NCBI GenBank assembly: GCA_000934665.2
Contig: KZ538033.1
Coordinates: forward strand, 1 to 64,000
Length of the DNA stretch: 64,000 nt
Direction of reading: 5' to 3'
Source of the DNA: Catajapyx aquilonaris
Taxonomy: Eukaryota
Shown here: one piece after another, positions 24,701-40,014 of the stretch
How positions within the stretch are numbered: the stretch's first letter is position 1
How the letters are laid out: each line of letters begins with the position of its first letter
Position numbers and translations under genes: made by a program
The notes under the pieces: generated by a model
The model's input: only the letters and a program-made list of their open reading frames with translations
Database searches by the model: none
What the model was told of the DNA's origin: nothing

Positions 24701-27700
24701 GTGAAAATGCTAGAAACATTTTCGCAACATTTGCATAAAATCTACAGTAAGAAGAGGTCATGCAGTGTAGGTTGTACGCACAGGAATTTCTCCCAAAACG
24801 CACCGGATTTCCGTATATACGCCACAGGAGTTGTCACCTCTCCGGCAGTATATAGTATCGCGCGTCAACCAGCAGCAGGAAGTCAATTCATTTCGAAATC
24901 CATTCCACCCCCTCTCCACTTCTCTCATTCCGTGCCTCTCATCCCCTCTCTTCTGGTGAAATGAACCTTGTAGTTACAAGAAAGGCGGAACCTTCGAAGA
25001 TTCTCTGCGGTGCGGCATCCAATTACCGAAATTTCTCAAGTCCCCCACTCTCCGGCATAGCCACTTCAATGGCTTTAGTAATTAAACACAGGCATAATAA
25101 ATTACTGAGTAGCGAATCAAAGGACCCTGCTGGATGGACTGGATGGATAACACCAGCCAAGAAGTGGGTGGGTGGGTGAAGACGTAGAAGCACAAAACCG
25201 CAGGGGGGAAAAAAGAAGAAATCCTGCAGCAGCATTGTGGTCCATTAAGCCGTACAGAGAGCTCAGACCATGCACACACACCGGAGGAGGATGCTTCTAC
25301 TCAACGATTTCGACGACTTACAGCAGCCATCAAGGCTGCTTGCGGAATGCTTTTGTAGGCTTGTAATTATAATAAGTAACGGCAAAGGAAGCTCAGCAGC
25401 AAGGAGATGCCGGAGGAGCATCAGCAGCACACCACCACAAGAGCTCGAAAGCTTCTCACAAAGAGGACCCGGAATGAAAAACGGATAAAGCTCGCTCCTG
25501 ACGACTATACCCCCAGCCAGTGATGACTATGATGATAAGCTTCCGAATACTTGCCAGAAATTAGGGGTGTTGTCGGCCATGCTCTACCCCCATCTTCCCC
25601 CCACCGTAATTATTCAGGTGCGCTTCCACACCTTCCATTTATAACCCCCCCGTACCTGCTTATTATTTATGAAGCAGAACTTTGAACTTTCTTAATAAGC
25701 CTGCAGGGGTGCTGCTTATGACGCTTTTGCTGCATTTTCAAGCCCCAGTTCTACATGCCCAAAAAGGTGAGCCAGAACTAATAAAAATCCTGTTACAACA
25801 CTCGACAATTTATTTTCCCACTCTCACCATATTGATCAAACCGGTTGCCAAGTCACACTGATTCACCAACCAGACCGCGCCAAACCAATTTCTAGCAATC
25901 ACCGTTCCCTCTCCCAATCCAATCCCCTCCTTCTCAAACCGGTACCACCCCCTCCAAGACTCGTCAGTGGTTCCCAACCCTAGGGCCGTGTAGATGTTAA
26001 GAAGGTCCTCGTGCTGAACAGCAGAATCTCTCAAGAGAACAACCTCGCTCTCTCCTCCGATTAATCAAGCCGTCCTCTCCAGCGGCAGCCCAATTTGTAC
26101 CCCCGACCCCAAACACTGGGCACAAGAGGCAGATCCAACCCTCGCCTGTCAATACGAATCTCCTTCTCTAGTCTTCTCTCTCGTTCTCTCTTCCCCCACC
26201 ATCCACCAGTCAGGGGTCATGGGGTAATGAAATTAACAGGCACAAGAGCTCGGTCTGGACCGGACCTCATGTCTGATCAGATCTCTTATCATATAAATCA
26301 CATTGTCGGTATGGGGTTACAGGGTGCTTCGGATGAAATTTCGCAATTTATCTACGCAATAATTAGCTGCCTTCACCCCTTTCACGACCAGTTCAAAACG
26401 TGGGAGTGGTGTCGGAACTTGCACATGTTGGACACTGCTCTTATTTGGACGGCCCGATTTGGACACGGTCCGGTTGGAAAGACACGGGAGAGAGTAAAGG
26501 ACATGTGATGAGATGGGTTGGTGCACACATGGGCCATGCACCTTTTTCGGGGGACACCGAATAAACAGAGTTGTTTGTCCAAATGGCAAGGGCAAATCTG
26601 GCCCCGGTTTTGTGCTGTGCGCAGCAATCAAGTCTGGACGGGAAAAAGGGCCGTACCACCAGACTGAATGAAACGTCATAATGTGCTTGGCCAAAATTGC
26701 TGTTGTAAATTGCCGAAATAAAGAAGTATGAATATTTATGTGCAGTACTGTTTGCGAATAATGCGCAGAGACATTAGCAGAGCACACACAGCCCCGTGCT
26801 TTAAAACGATTGCATGTACATGGGGTGGGGGGGAACTGCAATGCTTAATCCAAGCAACGAGTCGCTTGACGACAAGCTGGAATGAAGTAAAATTAATTAA
26901 AAAAGCGACAAACACATTTCTCATCACGAGGCTACACGGCTCTTGCTTTAGTGAGCGGCTTCTTTCGAATTAAATGTGTTAAATATTACATTCCTTGCCT
27001 TGTTAGAGTGTACCTCAAACGTCTACTTGGAAATGCTGCGAAGGTACTCCATAGTTATGATAACATGGTACAGTATATTGTACTTCGCAATAATTACTTA
27101 GCTACTGTTCGCAACATAGTCTTGCGAACATGCCTACGCAAAGTGATACAGACTTTCCAACCACTCGGGACCAATGCTTCTGTCCTCTCCGCAGTAATTG
27201 TTACTGTTCTCAGTTTGACTGAAACAGGAAGGTTTTCATAAAGGATGCTTACAGTGCAGTTGTGGCAATAATGTACTCAGAATGTGTAAAATGTATTGCA
27301 AATTGCAATCATGGAAAATAACACTCCCAGAATTGATTTTGTTGTATACAGTTTCTCCCCCTATAAAGGCATTAACTGAAAGGTGAAACTCAGTTGTGAA
27401 GTAAGCCTTTAATGACACGACGACTAAGTGTAGATGGGAAATTTTTTGCAGGTATGTTAATGACAGTACAGTACAGAGCATGTTATGTACACATGTGCAA
27501 GTATGCTGTGTAATGACGCGCCAAACAAAAGCGCTTGTGTGTGTTAACATACTGTAACATCTTCCGCGTATCAGATCGGGCCGAATTTCAACCTTAGTTG
27601 CGAAAATTATTTAATAAGCTTCAGGTGCTCAGCAAGCTAAGATGTGCCTATAGAATTGTACAAAAAAAATTAGTGAGGCAATATTGAAAGCGAAGAATGG

Positions 27701-30700
27701 AATTTCCATTCCTCCGCTTGGAATATTGAAAACTGTCAACATTTTCTGCGCGCTAAAGGAAGTGTTCGACTTGTTCTTAAAACGTTCTGACAGAATGTAT
27801 GAATAGCATCTGGGCCGCCAAATGTCGTACTTCTGGACTGCTTCGGCAGAAAACTGAGTGACAAAGGGCGATACGGATCCCGTACTGTATAAATCGATTC
27901 ATTTCCGTTTTTCTGCGGTATGACTGTCATCACCAGTGGTGTCAAACTTCTCTCTTGACGCTAAATGTGCAGCGAGCAGGACATGTCCCATAACACGACG
28001 CGAAATTGATAATGTACAGTAGTACTGATGCCGCCAAATATTTCGAAAAAATCATCACATATCGCGATGAAATTACAACTGAAAAGTCAATATTTCTCAA
28101 AAAGTGATACAGAAAAATTTATTTATCGCGTACCGTTATGGCTAGTTGTCAAAGTATGGACACAAGCCGGACATGTTGCCTCGGGCCAAGTAAATAGGCC
28201 AACGACACAACCAACTTCGGGTCAGAAAACTGCGTTGTAGAGTCAGAAAACAACACTGGCAGCTTCAGCGAAATATACCTCCACACAAATTGCATCTAGA
28301 CTCGTTATCCTCGCATATGGTTACATTTACAAGATTTTTGCATATCGGGAATCGGACTATAGGGCCACAAGGTATCTACTGTAACATTCATGCTGCATAT
28401 GTTTATTTAAAGCACTGTAGTCGCAATAAAAGCTGCGTACTTCATTATATAAATTCCAACTTGGAAAATGAAACTAATTAAACGAGAATGCAAACATTTT
28501 TTTCGCACATATGAAGCGATTTTATTATATCCTCCTGACCAAGCTGAATCAATACCTGAGGCCAAATCCCTCGACTGCTATCAAAAACTGACCATTTCCC
28601 CCAGAAATCCACTGAACGAAAAAAAACCCATAGGCGCGCAATGCAAATCCCGCATTTTCGAGCAATTAAAATAATTTGACGTAACTTTCGGCGTCCGGTC
28701 TGCCCACCAGAAAAGGCTTCAACGATATAGCGCAGGGTTTTTTATTTTATTTTAAAAACCGTCCGTCCCACGTACCGGTATAACTTGCTGGAAGCCACCA
28801 TTGATTCCCCTGTCAAGAGCACCAATCTACATCCGCCAACCCGATATAAAACCTGCACTCATGCATAGAACCAGCCCTCGCTCTAGCCCCAGCCTTCCTC
28901 AAAGGCCTCACTTCAGAATGTAATTGTCACACCCCTCACACCCTGCCCAGCCACACTTTGACCGCCACCAAAAAATGGTTCAATAAAAGCTACTGCGGAG
29001 CATATCGAAGGAGCGATGTGCACATACTCTCAATTTTAAACAAAATTGCTTTCACTATTTTTTCACTTTATGTAAGTAGCTAATATACTTTTGAAATGAA
29101 ATGTGAAAAAATATTTCGGATTAAACTGAAGCAAAATTTTATTTTAAGCCACACCCAGAATCATATGATATCCGACTGTGCCTTTTATTGAAATAGTAAA
29201 AATTACTCATATTAATATAGAAAATACTGTGCACTGCTACAACATGGTTGTAAGATAACTGCAATGTAATATTTTGAGAGAGGTAACGAGCACTGCAGCA
29301 CAAGGCTTGTTTGTTACGGTATAATGCTGTTGCATCCAAAGCAGAGCTCGCGAGTCATAAGCACAACATTGGCCACAGGGCACGAGCTCACATCAGGATG
29401 AATTAGTTTATTCAAGTCTTAGACTTTGCCAAGGATAATAACAAACAAGCAGTTTCGCTGAATACACTATTCAAATGCGTTCCATAAATAATTAAAGAAG
29501 AGTTTCCCCTTCCACCTCCTGACCCCCTCTCTCTGTACTGTACTCACGTTAACGCGGATAGTCATAATTGTGTTTACCTACTCCTACAATGAAGCTTGAT
29601 TTCAGCGCAGAGGACCAACTGGCCTATGCTCTTCACAACATGGACTGCACTTCACTTCGCTACTGGCTGCCCCGAGTCCTTTGAATGTTCCGAACCAGCA
29701 GGTTTTGCCCCCCAAAAAAGAGCCTAAGAGGACCACAAACACTGGCTCTTTTTTACCAGATCAAGTTGCCCCGAGGGGATTTTAAAATCATCTAGCACTG
29801 TTATTAACCGAAAAGCACTCTGGCTTTTTTTTTATATACCCATGCACTCACCGTCAGCAAGTATACACTGTTTGTCAAGTCCAGGCATCAAACATTAGGC
29901 CTAAAACACTCTGGGAGCGAGGTTAATAACTAGAATCTAATTTGATTCGTTAATTACAAGCAACGTGCGTTGGATGATCCGGACGGATGCGGGATCCCTC
30001 AAGTCTCTGGGCCGCCTAGAAGCGCCATTAGCGCGATAATTTCCCAGTGGTTGGTAGTCACGAAAGTGTGTTAAATTGAAACTGGTGCCGGGGTATGGAG
30101 TGGCATCTCTGCCGAGTCCATCTGAAATGCAGATGGAGTAGTTTTGAGTGGGGTTGGGGGGTGGAAGGTACGAAATGTATGCCCGGTAATTCCACCACCC
30201 CACTTGGAATCGATAAGGGTTCCATAACCGGCTTGGGGTCCCCTGGAATTATCCCGCAGTCGGCTTTTCTTTGACAGCTGGTGGCAGAAGTGTTGCGATT
30301 CATGACCTATTCTCGCATGCACTGTGCAAATTTCGCAACAATATGGGGCCTTCAGGGGGGTAGTGTTGCACCTGTTCGCTACACTTGTTCGACTGTGGGG
30401 CTGATCAGCTTTCATTAGATTAATAAGGCGGATCCCCGATGCCGACGCCGCCGCAGAGTAAGAACTTAAAGGGGAACAATGCGGGCTTTGTGCCGAACCC
30501 AACCTAATAACAATCCCTTGATCTGACAAGTATTTGACAACAGCAAGGCCTTGTAATCCCTTATCGGATGCCAAACTAGTGACAAGTCGTGATGATAACG
30601 CTATTGTGATGCACCCACAAGCAAAAGCTCCGGGAAGCTCCACTTTCAACAGTGTGTGTCAATCCTAAATACCCAAGTTTACTGCATTATTAGTCATCAA

Positions 30701-33700
30701 AACTTTGCGGCAATAATGGGACGAGGCTTCCATCGTCAGGCTGTGGGTCCAGCTTTAAGGCCACGATCATTTGGAAAGCTGGGCAGAATTCAAGTCGGCC
30801 GATGAAATATTCAGATGTGGGAGTTTAAACATCCTCGGGCGGGTTCTACTCTCCTCCCTTTTCCATATTATAAAAGGGGTATCCCGTGCTGAAGGAATAT
30901 AGTGGACGTGTCCAGTTTAGCTGAAAGCCTGGTCGTGCGCCATGTTTGCCTGCGTTCGACCTTAATGTTCTTGGCACTAACCGCAAATGACTTTCATCCC
31001 TTGCTCCTCGTCAGTTGTAAATGACCGCCCTAACTCATTATCTTGTTTGAAAAGAGTGGGAGGAGATATTACTCGCCTCGCACAGGCACGTAACATCCAC
31101 GCCCAAGCCATTTTAATTGATTTCACTGGAGATTACCCGGCACACATCGATCGCTTGATGACTACGCCTGGTCTATAAAAGGAGGAAGCGGGACTACAAA
31201 AAATATAGAAGAAAGTATAAAAAAAAGGGAGAGAGTTCCAAAGAGTTCATTGAGGAAGTGCAACTAATTGGAATTCCTGGGATTCCTCACGTGTGTGTTA
31301 CGTCGTGTCGGGCGGGGTCCGACACGTTAGATTTGATTGAGTAGGACGAAAATGGGACCCAAATATGCTCGAGCCAGTTAGGAACTGCATTACTTACATT
31401 ACAACACATGCCGGTTTCAGTCAGCAATTTTTACAACCTGATAAATTTCCAACAGGTAGCTTCTAAAGGAAAAGCAATCAGATAATTGTTAAAATCGCTT
31501 CAATATGCAAGCAGCTACTTATCGCCGTTACTAGTCACTGCTATTTTTGAATATGCAATTACAGTTAGTCAAAAATCACCCCTTTTGCCCAACTTCAGAG
31601 GAGCACACTCCAAATCCACTCACATCATTTACCAAACAACCGCGATCACTGCATGGACGTGGTTTGCCTAGGCATCTGTCAGATTTTAATTATGTGTACA
31701 TTTTCGGCTGTACACAGTGCACTGACCCCCCCACCCCCCATTTTCCAACCCCCTCCCTCTAATTATACTCCCAAAAACTAAGCATATTCCGCGTAATGAA
31801 CCTGACGAAATACACCCATACATGATATTCTTTCGCATTAAAACAGCGCCCTTATTCCGGGAGCTCGCGGCGGAAACGTGATTTTGTAGGCGATTATACC
31901 ATTTCGGGCCTGGACTAGCTAGCCTCCCTCCCACACCACTATTTACATTAAAAAGGGGGGAGCCTGGTCACACACATTTATGCTGGGGCCTAAACTAAAC
32001 TCTTTCTGAATTCGTAACAGCCTGTACCAGGAGCCCCAGAGCAACCGATATGAAAATTCGTACAGATGGGATGGGACGAGACGCGAACAAGGCGAAAATA
32101 AAATAAGAAACATGGGCCGGATCCGACCTACAAAACTCGCAGGTTTACACCAACAAGTTTGCCATGATAATGGAAAATCTAATGCTCTCGGCGCTGAACT
32201 TGCTTCCAAGAGCGAAGAAGCCTTCCCAAGAATCCAATTCCGACTCCTCAATTCTATTCCCTTGTTTCTTTTCCCTGCTTCCTGCCTTCTTCCTGGTTTT
32301 TTTTTGGTACCGTTCTCTACCTTACACGAAGGAAAAACTGCATAATATATAGGAGTCATTTTTTTCCATCCTTCTCCTACTTCCTCTTCCTCCTGTGGCT
32401 ATGGAGAGCATTAATGTCGAAAAGTCGGCAACCCTCCTTTTCTTATTGGATTGTATATAGCTCCAAAAAAGGATGCTAGGAATGTCTGCAGAAGGTGGAG
32501 AGGGGGAAAAAAGGTAGAGTCCGGGATTCAACTTTCATGTAATGGCAGGGGTTTGACTCCAATTCGCAAATGGGAATATTTCGCACGTGCCTCCAGCTAG
32601 ACGACAAGATGAATGGATTTCGCACTGCTCGCTATATACTGTTGTTTTTTTGCGTTAGAGCCAGAGAAGCCTCGCGAGTACACCATTCTGCTCTCAATTT
32701 TATTTGTTTTCTGTATTTCTGGAGTTTTCTTGCGACCCGCTGCGTTTCGCTTCTTTAACGTCCGCCGACGTGAAAGAAACCTATTTATCGTGTTTTCCTC
32801 CTACACCAAAAGGCTTTGTACCACCCTTTTTTATTTGTTTCTCTTTCTCTCTTCCGGGACAACTAGCAGTAACCAAAGGTGACACTATAAGACTTCTCCT
32901 CCCTTATTTTTCTTATTCCGACCTGAAACCACAAACAGTCCAATGCAATCTGGAGGCAGGGCAAGGCCTCTTTTCAAGTCCTGTTACATATTCCAAAAGT
33001 TAGGGTCCAGGCAATTACGCGACCCCTCTCGCAGTGCGCCATTTGACCCCGGCCTTTGTTCCGAGCCTAGTTGGACAAACGGGACAAAAGTGCCAGGGGG
33101 CGTAATCTACATACTGTTTGGCACTGTGGACAGCAATCACGGTGTGCGCGGGATTTATTCATCGCGTCTCTCGTGAAAATTGTTATCATATCATTATCAC
33201 AGTCGGAAGGGGGAGGTGTCGGTGTTACAGGGGGACACAAGCATTACCACCTCTCCGCAATCACCATGGACCAAGGTAACATCTGTAGCTGATGCCTGCT
33301 GGATGCTGCGTCCTCAGAACACGTTGCGTCATCAATTTATTTTTCGACGGGGACGACGGGGGGGTATTGTGTTCAAATATCGCACCGTTGATGAGTGCTC
33401 TGGGTTGGAACAGATATCCGACACTATGCACGTAGGCTAACTGATGATGTCACGCATGCTGGGCACGTGTCACACAGGCCAGACTCTGCAACCTGCACCG
33501 TCATGATCAAAGTGAGGGAATAGCAATGGAAAGTACCCAGCCGAAGCTGATCAACAGCTATAAAAAAGACTACATGATGTTTGAATAGAAAAACTTGCAA
33601 ATTGTGTCATAGCATCTCGACATTGACTCTTCTTATGAAACAACATGCGTTCCTTTGTATTACTGTAATAATGTTGACATACTCTGATGTATTTATTGCC

Positions 33701-36130
33701 ACAATAACATCGCTCCAAATAAGGTTTCGCCGGGTGATATGGGATACGTCGACTACGCATCAAAACGATCGCACGCTCATTAAAAGCAGCCACTTAGCTG
33801 CAACATAACAATGGCTTCATGTTAATTGGACATGGGAGCTGCTACGTTGCCAGATTTTACGATGTGACAAATAATAACCAGTCGAAAAATGGAATTTCCA
33901 TTTTAAAAACGACTTTTGTCACCTTCTTACAATGAATGGAGAAATTACAAGTTGGCTTGTTTTCTACGCGTGCACATGTCCTAGAAAGGCTTTACATGTA
34001 GTCTTCTCGACCTTTGCACAAAAATGCTGTAGGCAATTACCTCTAGGAGGATGAACCCCCCTTGCAAAATGCAGCAAAAGCACAGTTGTGCGCAGCAAAA
34101 GCTATAACCCGACTCGAAATGACATTTCGTCCTCTCCTCTCTGATGAACCAAAATGGAAACACCCTCTTCCTTCTCCCCCATTTGTAGTTGAGTGGAGAA
34201 TCACCAACTACCTTCGCACCTCATTTGCCCCAACCACCGCCGCATCATTTTCCGCACGAAAAACAAAAACAAAAACCCTCCTCCCAGAGAGAAAAGAAGG
34301 TAGAGAGAAACAAAGACGCTCTTTTTTTTAAAGGTTGGCAGCTTTCAGAAATGCACGCATTCCCTTTCTCGCCAGCAAGATGCCATTACCTGGCAGCCCC
34401 CAACAAGAACACATCACTTATTCAAGGCAAATGCTCTCTCACGCCTCTCAGGCCTCTGTTGTTTCCGGGTAACGCGTCAACCAAGCTGGTAATAAGGACT
34501 CCTCCGCAGAAATGGATGCCTTTGTGCGTCTTTGCAACCGGAGGGAAACACACCTCTAGAAAAGCTCCTCTCCCACCCACCCCACACACAACAATGCGCA
34601 AACCTCCCTCCGGTCCCCCACTATCCTAAAAGGCAAGCTGTGATTACCAATTAGGTCTCTGAATCCGCCGGGCGATAATGAGGATTATAACGATCGCCAT
34701 TGCATACAAATCTATCGGGCGGGGGGCTGGAGCACAAAGGAAGGCGATTGTAATGTGCATGTATATTCCTTCCAGAGGATAAGGCCTGCGTTTTATAATA
34801 ACGAACGCTCTCCGATATTGCCGAACAGCGAGGTTCCGCTTAAATTAAGGCGGGTGAATACGTGGGTCAACATCCTACAGAATCAAGGCTGATTCTGAGG
34901 CGGCTGCGAAAATATTTGGCTCGCTAAAAAATATACGGTGGATTAACGCGCGAGATCATAATGTATCAGTGGCTTTATCATTTCCCATTCCAGCCATCGG
35001 AACGCATCGCGACCGGAATACTATTCACTTGCTGGAGTTAATTATCCCTCCAAGTACCGATGGTCCTGCCGTGATTAAAGTGACCGTTAAACCCGGAAAC
35101 GAGTTCTGTGCTGAGACCTGCATACACTTTCAAAAGGGGGAGCACAATCATGAAAACATGCCTACCTCCACACCAGAGTCATAAAGCCACGGGATTATTC
35201 CCAAGATGTAGTGAAATCCGGCGGCCCGAACGGGTCATGAATAGCATTGGTCCATTTTATTACCTTACTTTAGATCCCTCCTTATGCGCTCGCGTTATGT
35301 TAAGCCCGGAAAAGAAACGCCTGCGGTTTCAGAAGAAAATTACTTGCAAGCATTTTCTGAAAACTCATACTGTAATAAGACGCCTGGAAGCGACAGAGAG
35401 TGAATCAAGCAGCCAACAAAATGCCATATGCCGCAATAAAAGAAAATCGCAATTGTTCCCCCCGAAGCGGCAGATTCACCAGGTTTTAGCAACAATGTTT
35501 TTTTTTTTACAGCCAGATAATTCTTATCAGAGAACTAAAGTTGAAAGCCGCTTTTACAGGGACTGAAGCTTAGGTATAGGAAGACAGTCGTGAAATCTGG
35601 ACCGTGCACTTTTTTTCCTTCGCAAAAAGGGGACGGATCAGGTCTGCAGATCCAATACTCGGTCCAATTCCTTCCAGAGAATGGTAGAAAAAAAGAAGGA
35701 TGAATTCTACACCGACCGTTTCTCGCAATTAACTTGCCGCCTTTCCGTCCCCCTGAGCCACAAGTCGCCAATTACCATTCCGCGCGAAATACACGAACAC
35801 GAGGAAATTCGCCACACGGGAAAACTGCGGGTTTAGCACCCTTTTAGAATAGCGGATTTTGCAATGTCTTAGTTTTTTTCCCAACGCAATGTCGTCCGGT
35901 CACAAAAGGCGGTCCTTTATCATCATTTTGGAAGACGGGGGTAGATACACCCTACAGTAAATAAAGCTCAACGCCTCGTCGGCGCACTCCTAGAAAACCA
36001 ATGAACAAAAACAGGAATATGAATCAAAGTTCGAAACTACAGTATCTTTTCCCTCTGGAGCCAATTCAGGACGCTGTCCAATTTCGCTTATCAGCCTGAA
36101 GCAGGCCCCCGTGATTCTCTCTCCATTTTT

Positions 36131-36159
36131 TCTCTCTCTCTCTCTCTCTCTTCTCTCTC
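36131..36159. repeat. (TC)n microsatellite, interrupted
   Basis: Seen directly. Confidence 0.85.
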
Positions 36160-38336
36160 AACCCAGGACACCCTGAGGAGTAGCGTTGTGAAAAATTCAG
36201 TTGGGTGGTGATGACAGTTCAGAAGAAGAAAAAGAAAGAAAGATGTGGGTGGTAGCCCACCGGAAACATGGTGTCCGTACTGTCACGAACGGGACAAAAG
36301 GTCACAAAACGTACCCCCAGCCGTGTACCGCTTCTCTCCGAATATTGCATCACCGCGAGGGGGCCCCATGGAACAAAAGACTCTCTTTTGACTCAGAAAA
36401 AGGGCAAAAGGGCGCTCAGTTTTTTGTGTGTTTGGACCAAGAAAAAAGTTTCTGCCAGAGAGAAAAAAAAGGCGAGGATCGAAACAATACGGCTGCAGTC
36501 CCCTCCTCTTTTCACCAAAAACTTGGAACATTCGAACTAAGGATAATCCCAAGGTTTCTTTTTTTGTTGTTGTTGCTTAACGTACTATTTTGTTTTCAGC
36601 CCCAGATGTAGGAATGGCTTAGAAAAGTTCCCAATTAGGAGACTGGGCTCATCTTGGTTTTACAGCTCGTGGCAGCGAGGAGTCCAGAGAAAAAAGCCCC
36701 TGCCGTGTATGTAACTAGGCGACCAGAAGAGGCATGAGGGTTGCGCTGAATAGTCAGGATAAACCATTTGTAATTGAGAAAGATGTCACACGTGCATCGG
36801 CAAATACAGCGAGAGAATTAAGCGGATGGATGAAGTGGGTGGTCGGTAACATTTAGCAGAGGGAAGGGTGACATGCCGCATACCCACTGCCAACACATGG
36901 CACTGGAATGACCAATGAATACCAGCCCCCCCAGTAGCGTGGTGTTCCATTATTTACACGTTACGTCAAGCTATCAAGCCGGGCTAGCAATCCAATTTTG
37001 TGCCTTTACGGAATCAAGCCGTTACATATTAGCCCACGCCCTTATATATGGCTCTTCGCGGAACATGCCTGGTCTAAAAACCCTAATCATTTATGGCAAT
37101 CGCGGTGCTGCAGGAAGAGCCATCAATCCGCTCATTAGGAAGCGGGGAATGCGAATTCTAAACGCGACAAATGATGCTGATGACCGGCGCTCACGATTCG
37201 GAAAAGTGAAATGTGGTTCACACCTGTAGTTCCGGAGAGACTACACAATGGTCGCTGCCAGACACACTTGTCAACGAGCTGGTTAGCCTGTCACTGCGTG
37301 CGAAAAGTAACCGCTAACTGAACAGAAAAAAAGGAGCTGATTGGAACAAAATGTCAATTCTCACGTGCTTAAAAATAATCAGGAAGAGCTATAATATGCA
37401 ATTACATATTTGCATAATATCTACCTTGTTTGTCATTTTTTTGCAGGGTGAGAAGTATTTCACATTTTGCGCAGTTTTGCAACCTTCTCTCATTCGGCGT
37501 GGTCCATGGCGCGGAGATAATCTCGCTCGCTGCACGCCTAGCAATACAACACTGCGTAAATTAAATCCGACACAAGTTCGAGTTCTAAGCAAACCCGCTT
37601 AATGTTGAACGGTCCAGTTATCTGCTAGGGAGGGGAGGGTTACCAAAAAAAAGGAGTTGAAGGGGGGGTTTGGGGATGGGGGACATTGTTCTAGTTCTGG
37701 AAACAGAGGGTATCTGTAGCGGCTGCCCGCAGCCTGCAAGCTGCTCCACCTGATTTTCCGCTGCGTCGGGTCTCAATCGATGCAAGCAGCTGTTTTCCGG
37801 AGACTATTCGCCAAACCTATCAAGGAGGCGCATCTGGACTTTGCAACACGAGGCAAACCGCATTTTCGCCAATTCAGACTGCCTCCAAATGTATCGCAAA
37901 ACCGCGCTTGCGGTTGAATATGCGGTTGAAGCAAAAGATGTCGACGTTACGTGTCACACCCACATATGCACGATTTCTCGCGAGGATATTTTTTTTGTTT
38001 TACTCCCCCCAAAAAGGGCACATTTATTGGCTTGTTTATGACCGGAGCGTGGTTCATTTTCGCCACATCTAATGCTCTTTGCGTTGCGTTTTCCACCTTG
38101 CAAATTACTGCGCTCGTTCCAAACCACTGCATTTATCGTGATTATGTGCTGCAGCGAATTTTTTTCCCCCCCAACCAACCGGCGCATTTGATCTTCCCGT
38201 GAATACACAGAGCTTGTTTTCCCAGTGCGTGTTCCTCAATTTAACAAGGCTTAATGCGATTTTACTCCGCGCCCATAATTTCAAAAACTCACAATCCGAA
38301 AGCGAGGTACGGCCTATTAGTGATCAATAAAGTGTA

Positions 38337-38426
38337 CATTACCGCAGCACTTTGACGATTTCGAACGCCCAGCGCGACCAGTCTGAACACTTACCTGCAA
38401 AGAGAGAAATTAATGCGCTTTTAGTA
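38337..38426 (-). promoter_or_regulatory. Candidate recursive splice site (junction 38395/38394) with a 52-nt cryptic exon
   Basis: Minus strand: TACTAAAagcgcattaaTTTCTCTCTTTGCAG|GTAAGT, then a second donor GCG|GTAATG 52 nt downstream. Confidence 0.75.
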
Positions 38427-40014
38427 CAAAAATATACACTCAAATTTAATGTGGCCAACCGACTCACCACTCAAAACGGCACCAAAATTGAGCTAAATGT
38501 TTCCATATAACTTTCATATCTATAGTAATATACGCATTTTCTGAGCAACAAAAGCAATACGTGACAGTGCAATTAAGACCATACAACCAGTCCACACGCT
38601 GCACAAGGCAATATTCTTCCTCCATGAAAGAAATGCTCCGAAAAAAAAAGAAAGAGGCGACACGTTTCCAGGCAACAAGACCTGAATCCAGAGACGAAAG
38701 ACATTCATCCCTTCTCCCTTTGAGAATACAGGAAGAACGACTTAGTCACTTTCTCTCTGTCGCTTTCTCCACCTGCCTTCCAGATCACTGTCAAGAAAAC
38801 GGGAACCACTACGAAAATCTTTCGGTCTTTCTTTTTTTTCCCCTCCTCTTCTCTCTTCTTCGCTTTATATTGACACGAGACAGTTGCACTTCTTCTCATT
38901 TTTAGAAGCGGATCAGAAGTTGCCTACAATCCAAGTAACTGCCAGGGGCCTTTCAGTCAGGGTTCGACTAGCGTGTCGTCCACGAGTGAAAAAATAAAGT
39001 CCTACGAGATGTTGACAGCAAACCATTGAAGTTTTGCCTCCGATTTTATTTTGGTGCGGGGGAAACTGCGATGTCAGTTGGCGTTGAAAACTGGTGGAAG
39101 CTTTTTTTCCGCTCCAAAAAAAAGCCGTGGGACCAACTGTAGTCAAGCGGCCTGGTTCACGGAACCGTAACTTTGAGGTATAAAACATGGAATTTTAATT
39201 TAATTTAAATTCTCTCGGGCACTAATCGCCGTGGGAGCTAAAAACGTGACGCCCCCCCCCCTCCCAGCTAAAGAATATCGGGAAATGAAAGAGCGATCGC
39301 AAACACGATCGTCAGTCATCAAAGAGTGAGGGGGGTTTAGTCTGCTTTTCTGTGTCTGTACAGCAGCCAAAACCCAGAGCGGTAATCCCTCAGAACCGCA
39401 GCCACAAAGCGAGCAGTGACCACCGCTATAATAGCACTTTGGTTGGAGGCTCGAAGGCGCTTCCATAAATTACCGGCGGGCGCGAAAATGGAGGTCACCC
39501 CCACTCCCTTCCCTCCCTCCCCCGCCTCTCCCTACCCATTTTCGCAGCAGCAATCCTCACCCGGCAGCAGGGGTAGCAGGACCTCCGGGTTTCGAAATTT
39601 ACGACCGTCCCCATGTCGACAAATGCCTGCAGCCGAAACCTCTCAAGCTTCTTCGCCGTGACCTTCTGACCCTGCGCAACGACCGTTCCGCCGAAATTAA
39701 TCCTCTTAAATAAAAGAAAAAAAAGAGGTCCAGGGGTGGGTGAGAAAGCTTAAGCCGCTCCATTTGAATGAAAGAGGAGGAGCATCAGCGGATTTTAGGG
39801 GGCTGTAAGTTCACCTCACGTGCTAGCAAGATAATCTGCTTAGAGGGGGTGAAAGAAAACCCGGATGTTGACTAAAAGCCAGGCGATTTATTGCCTCCGA
39901 GCATGATATTTGGGTAAACCCTTAGCTCAATTTCTCGCCCAGTCAGCTAAGCGCACCGACAACGTCAAAGCCGTTTAGCCGCCCTCTCATGCTATTAGAT
40001 ATATACAGGAAATC

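Noticed and set aside
30071..30649. 192-aa minus-strand ORF, and a nearby TQNY peptide resembling the end of the missing exon
   Set aside because: No DDG/HPDL context and no donor after NY.
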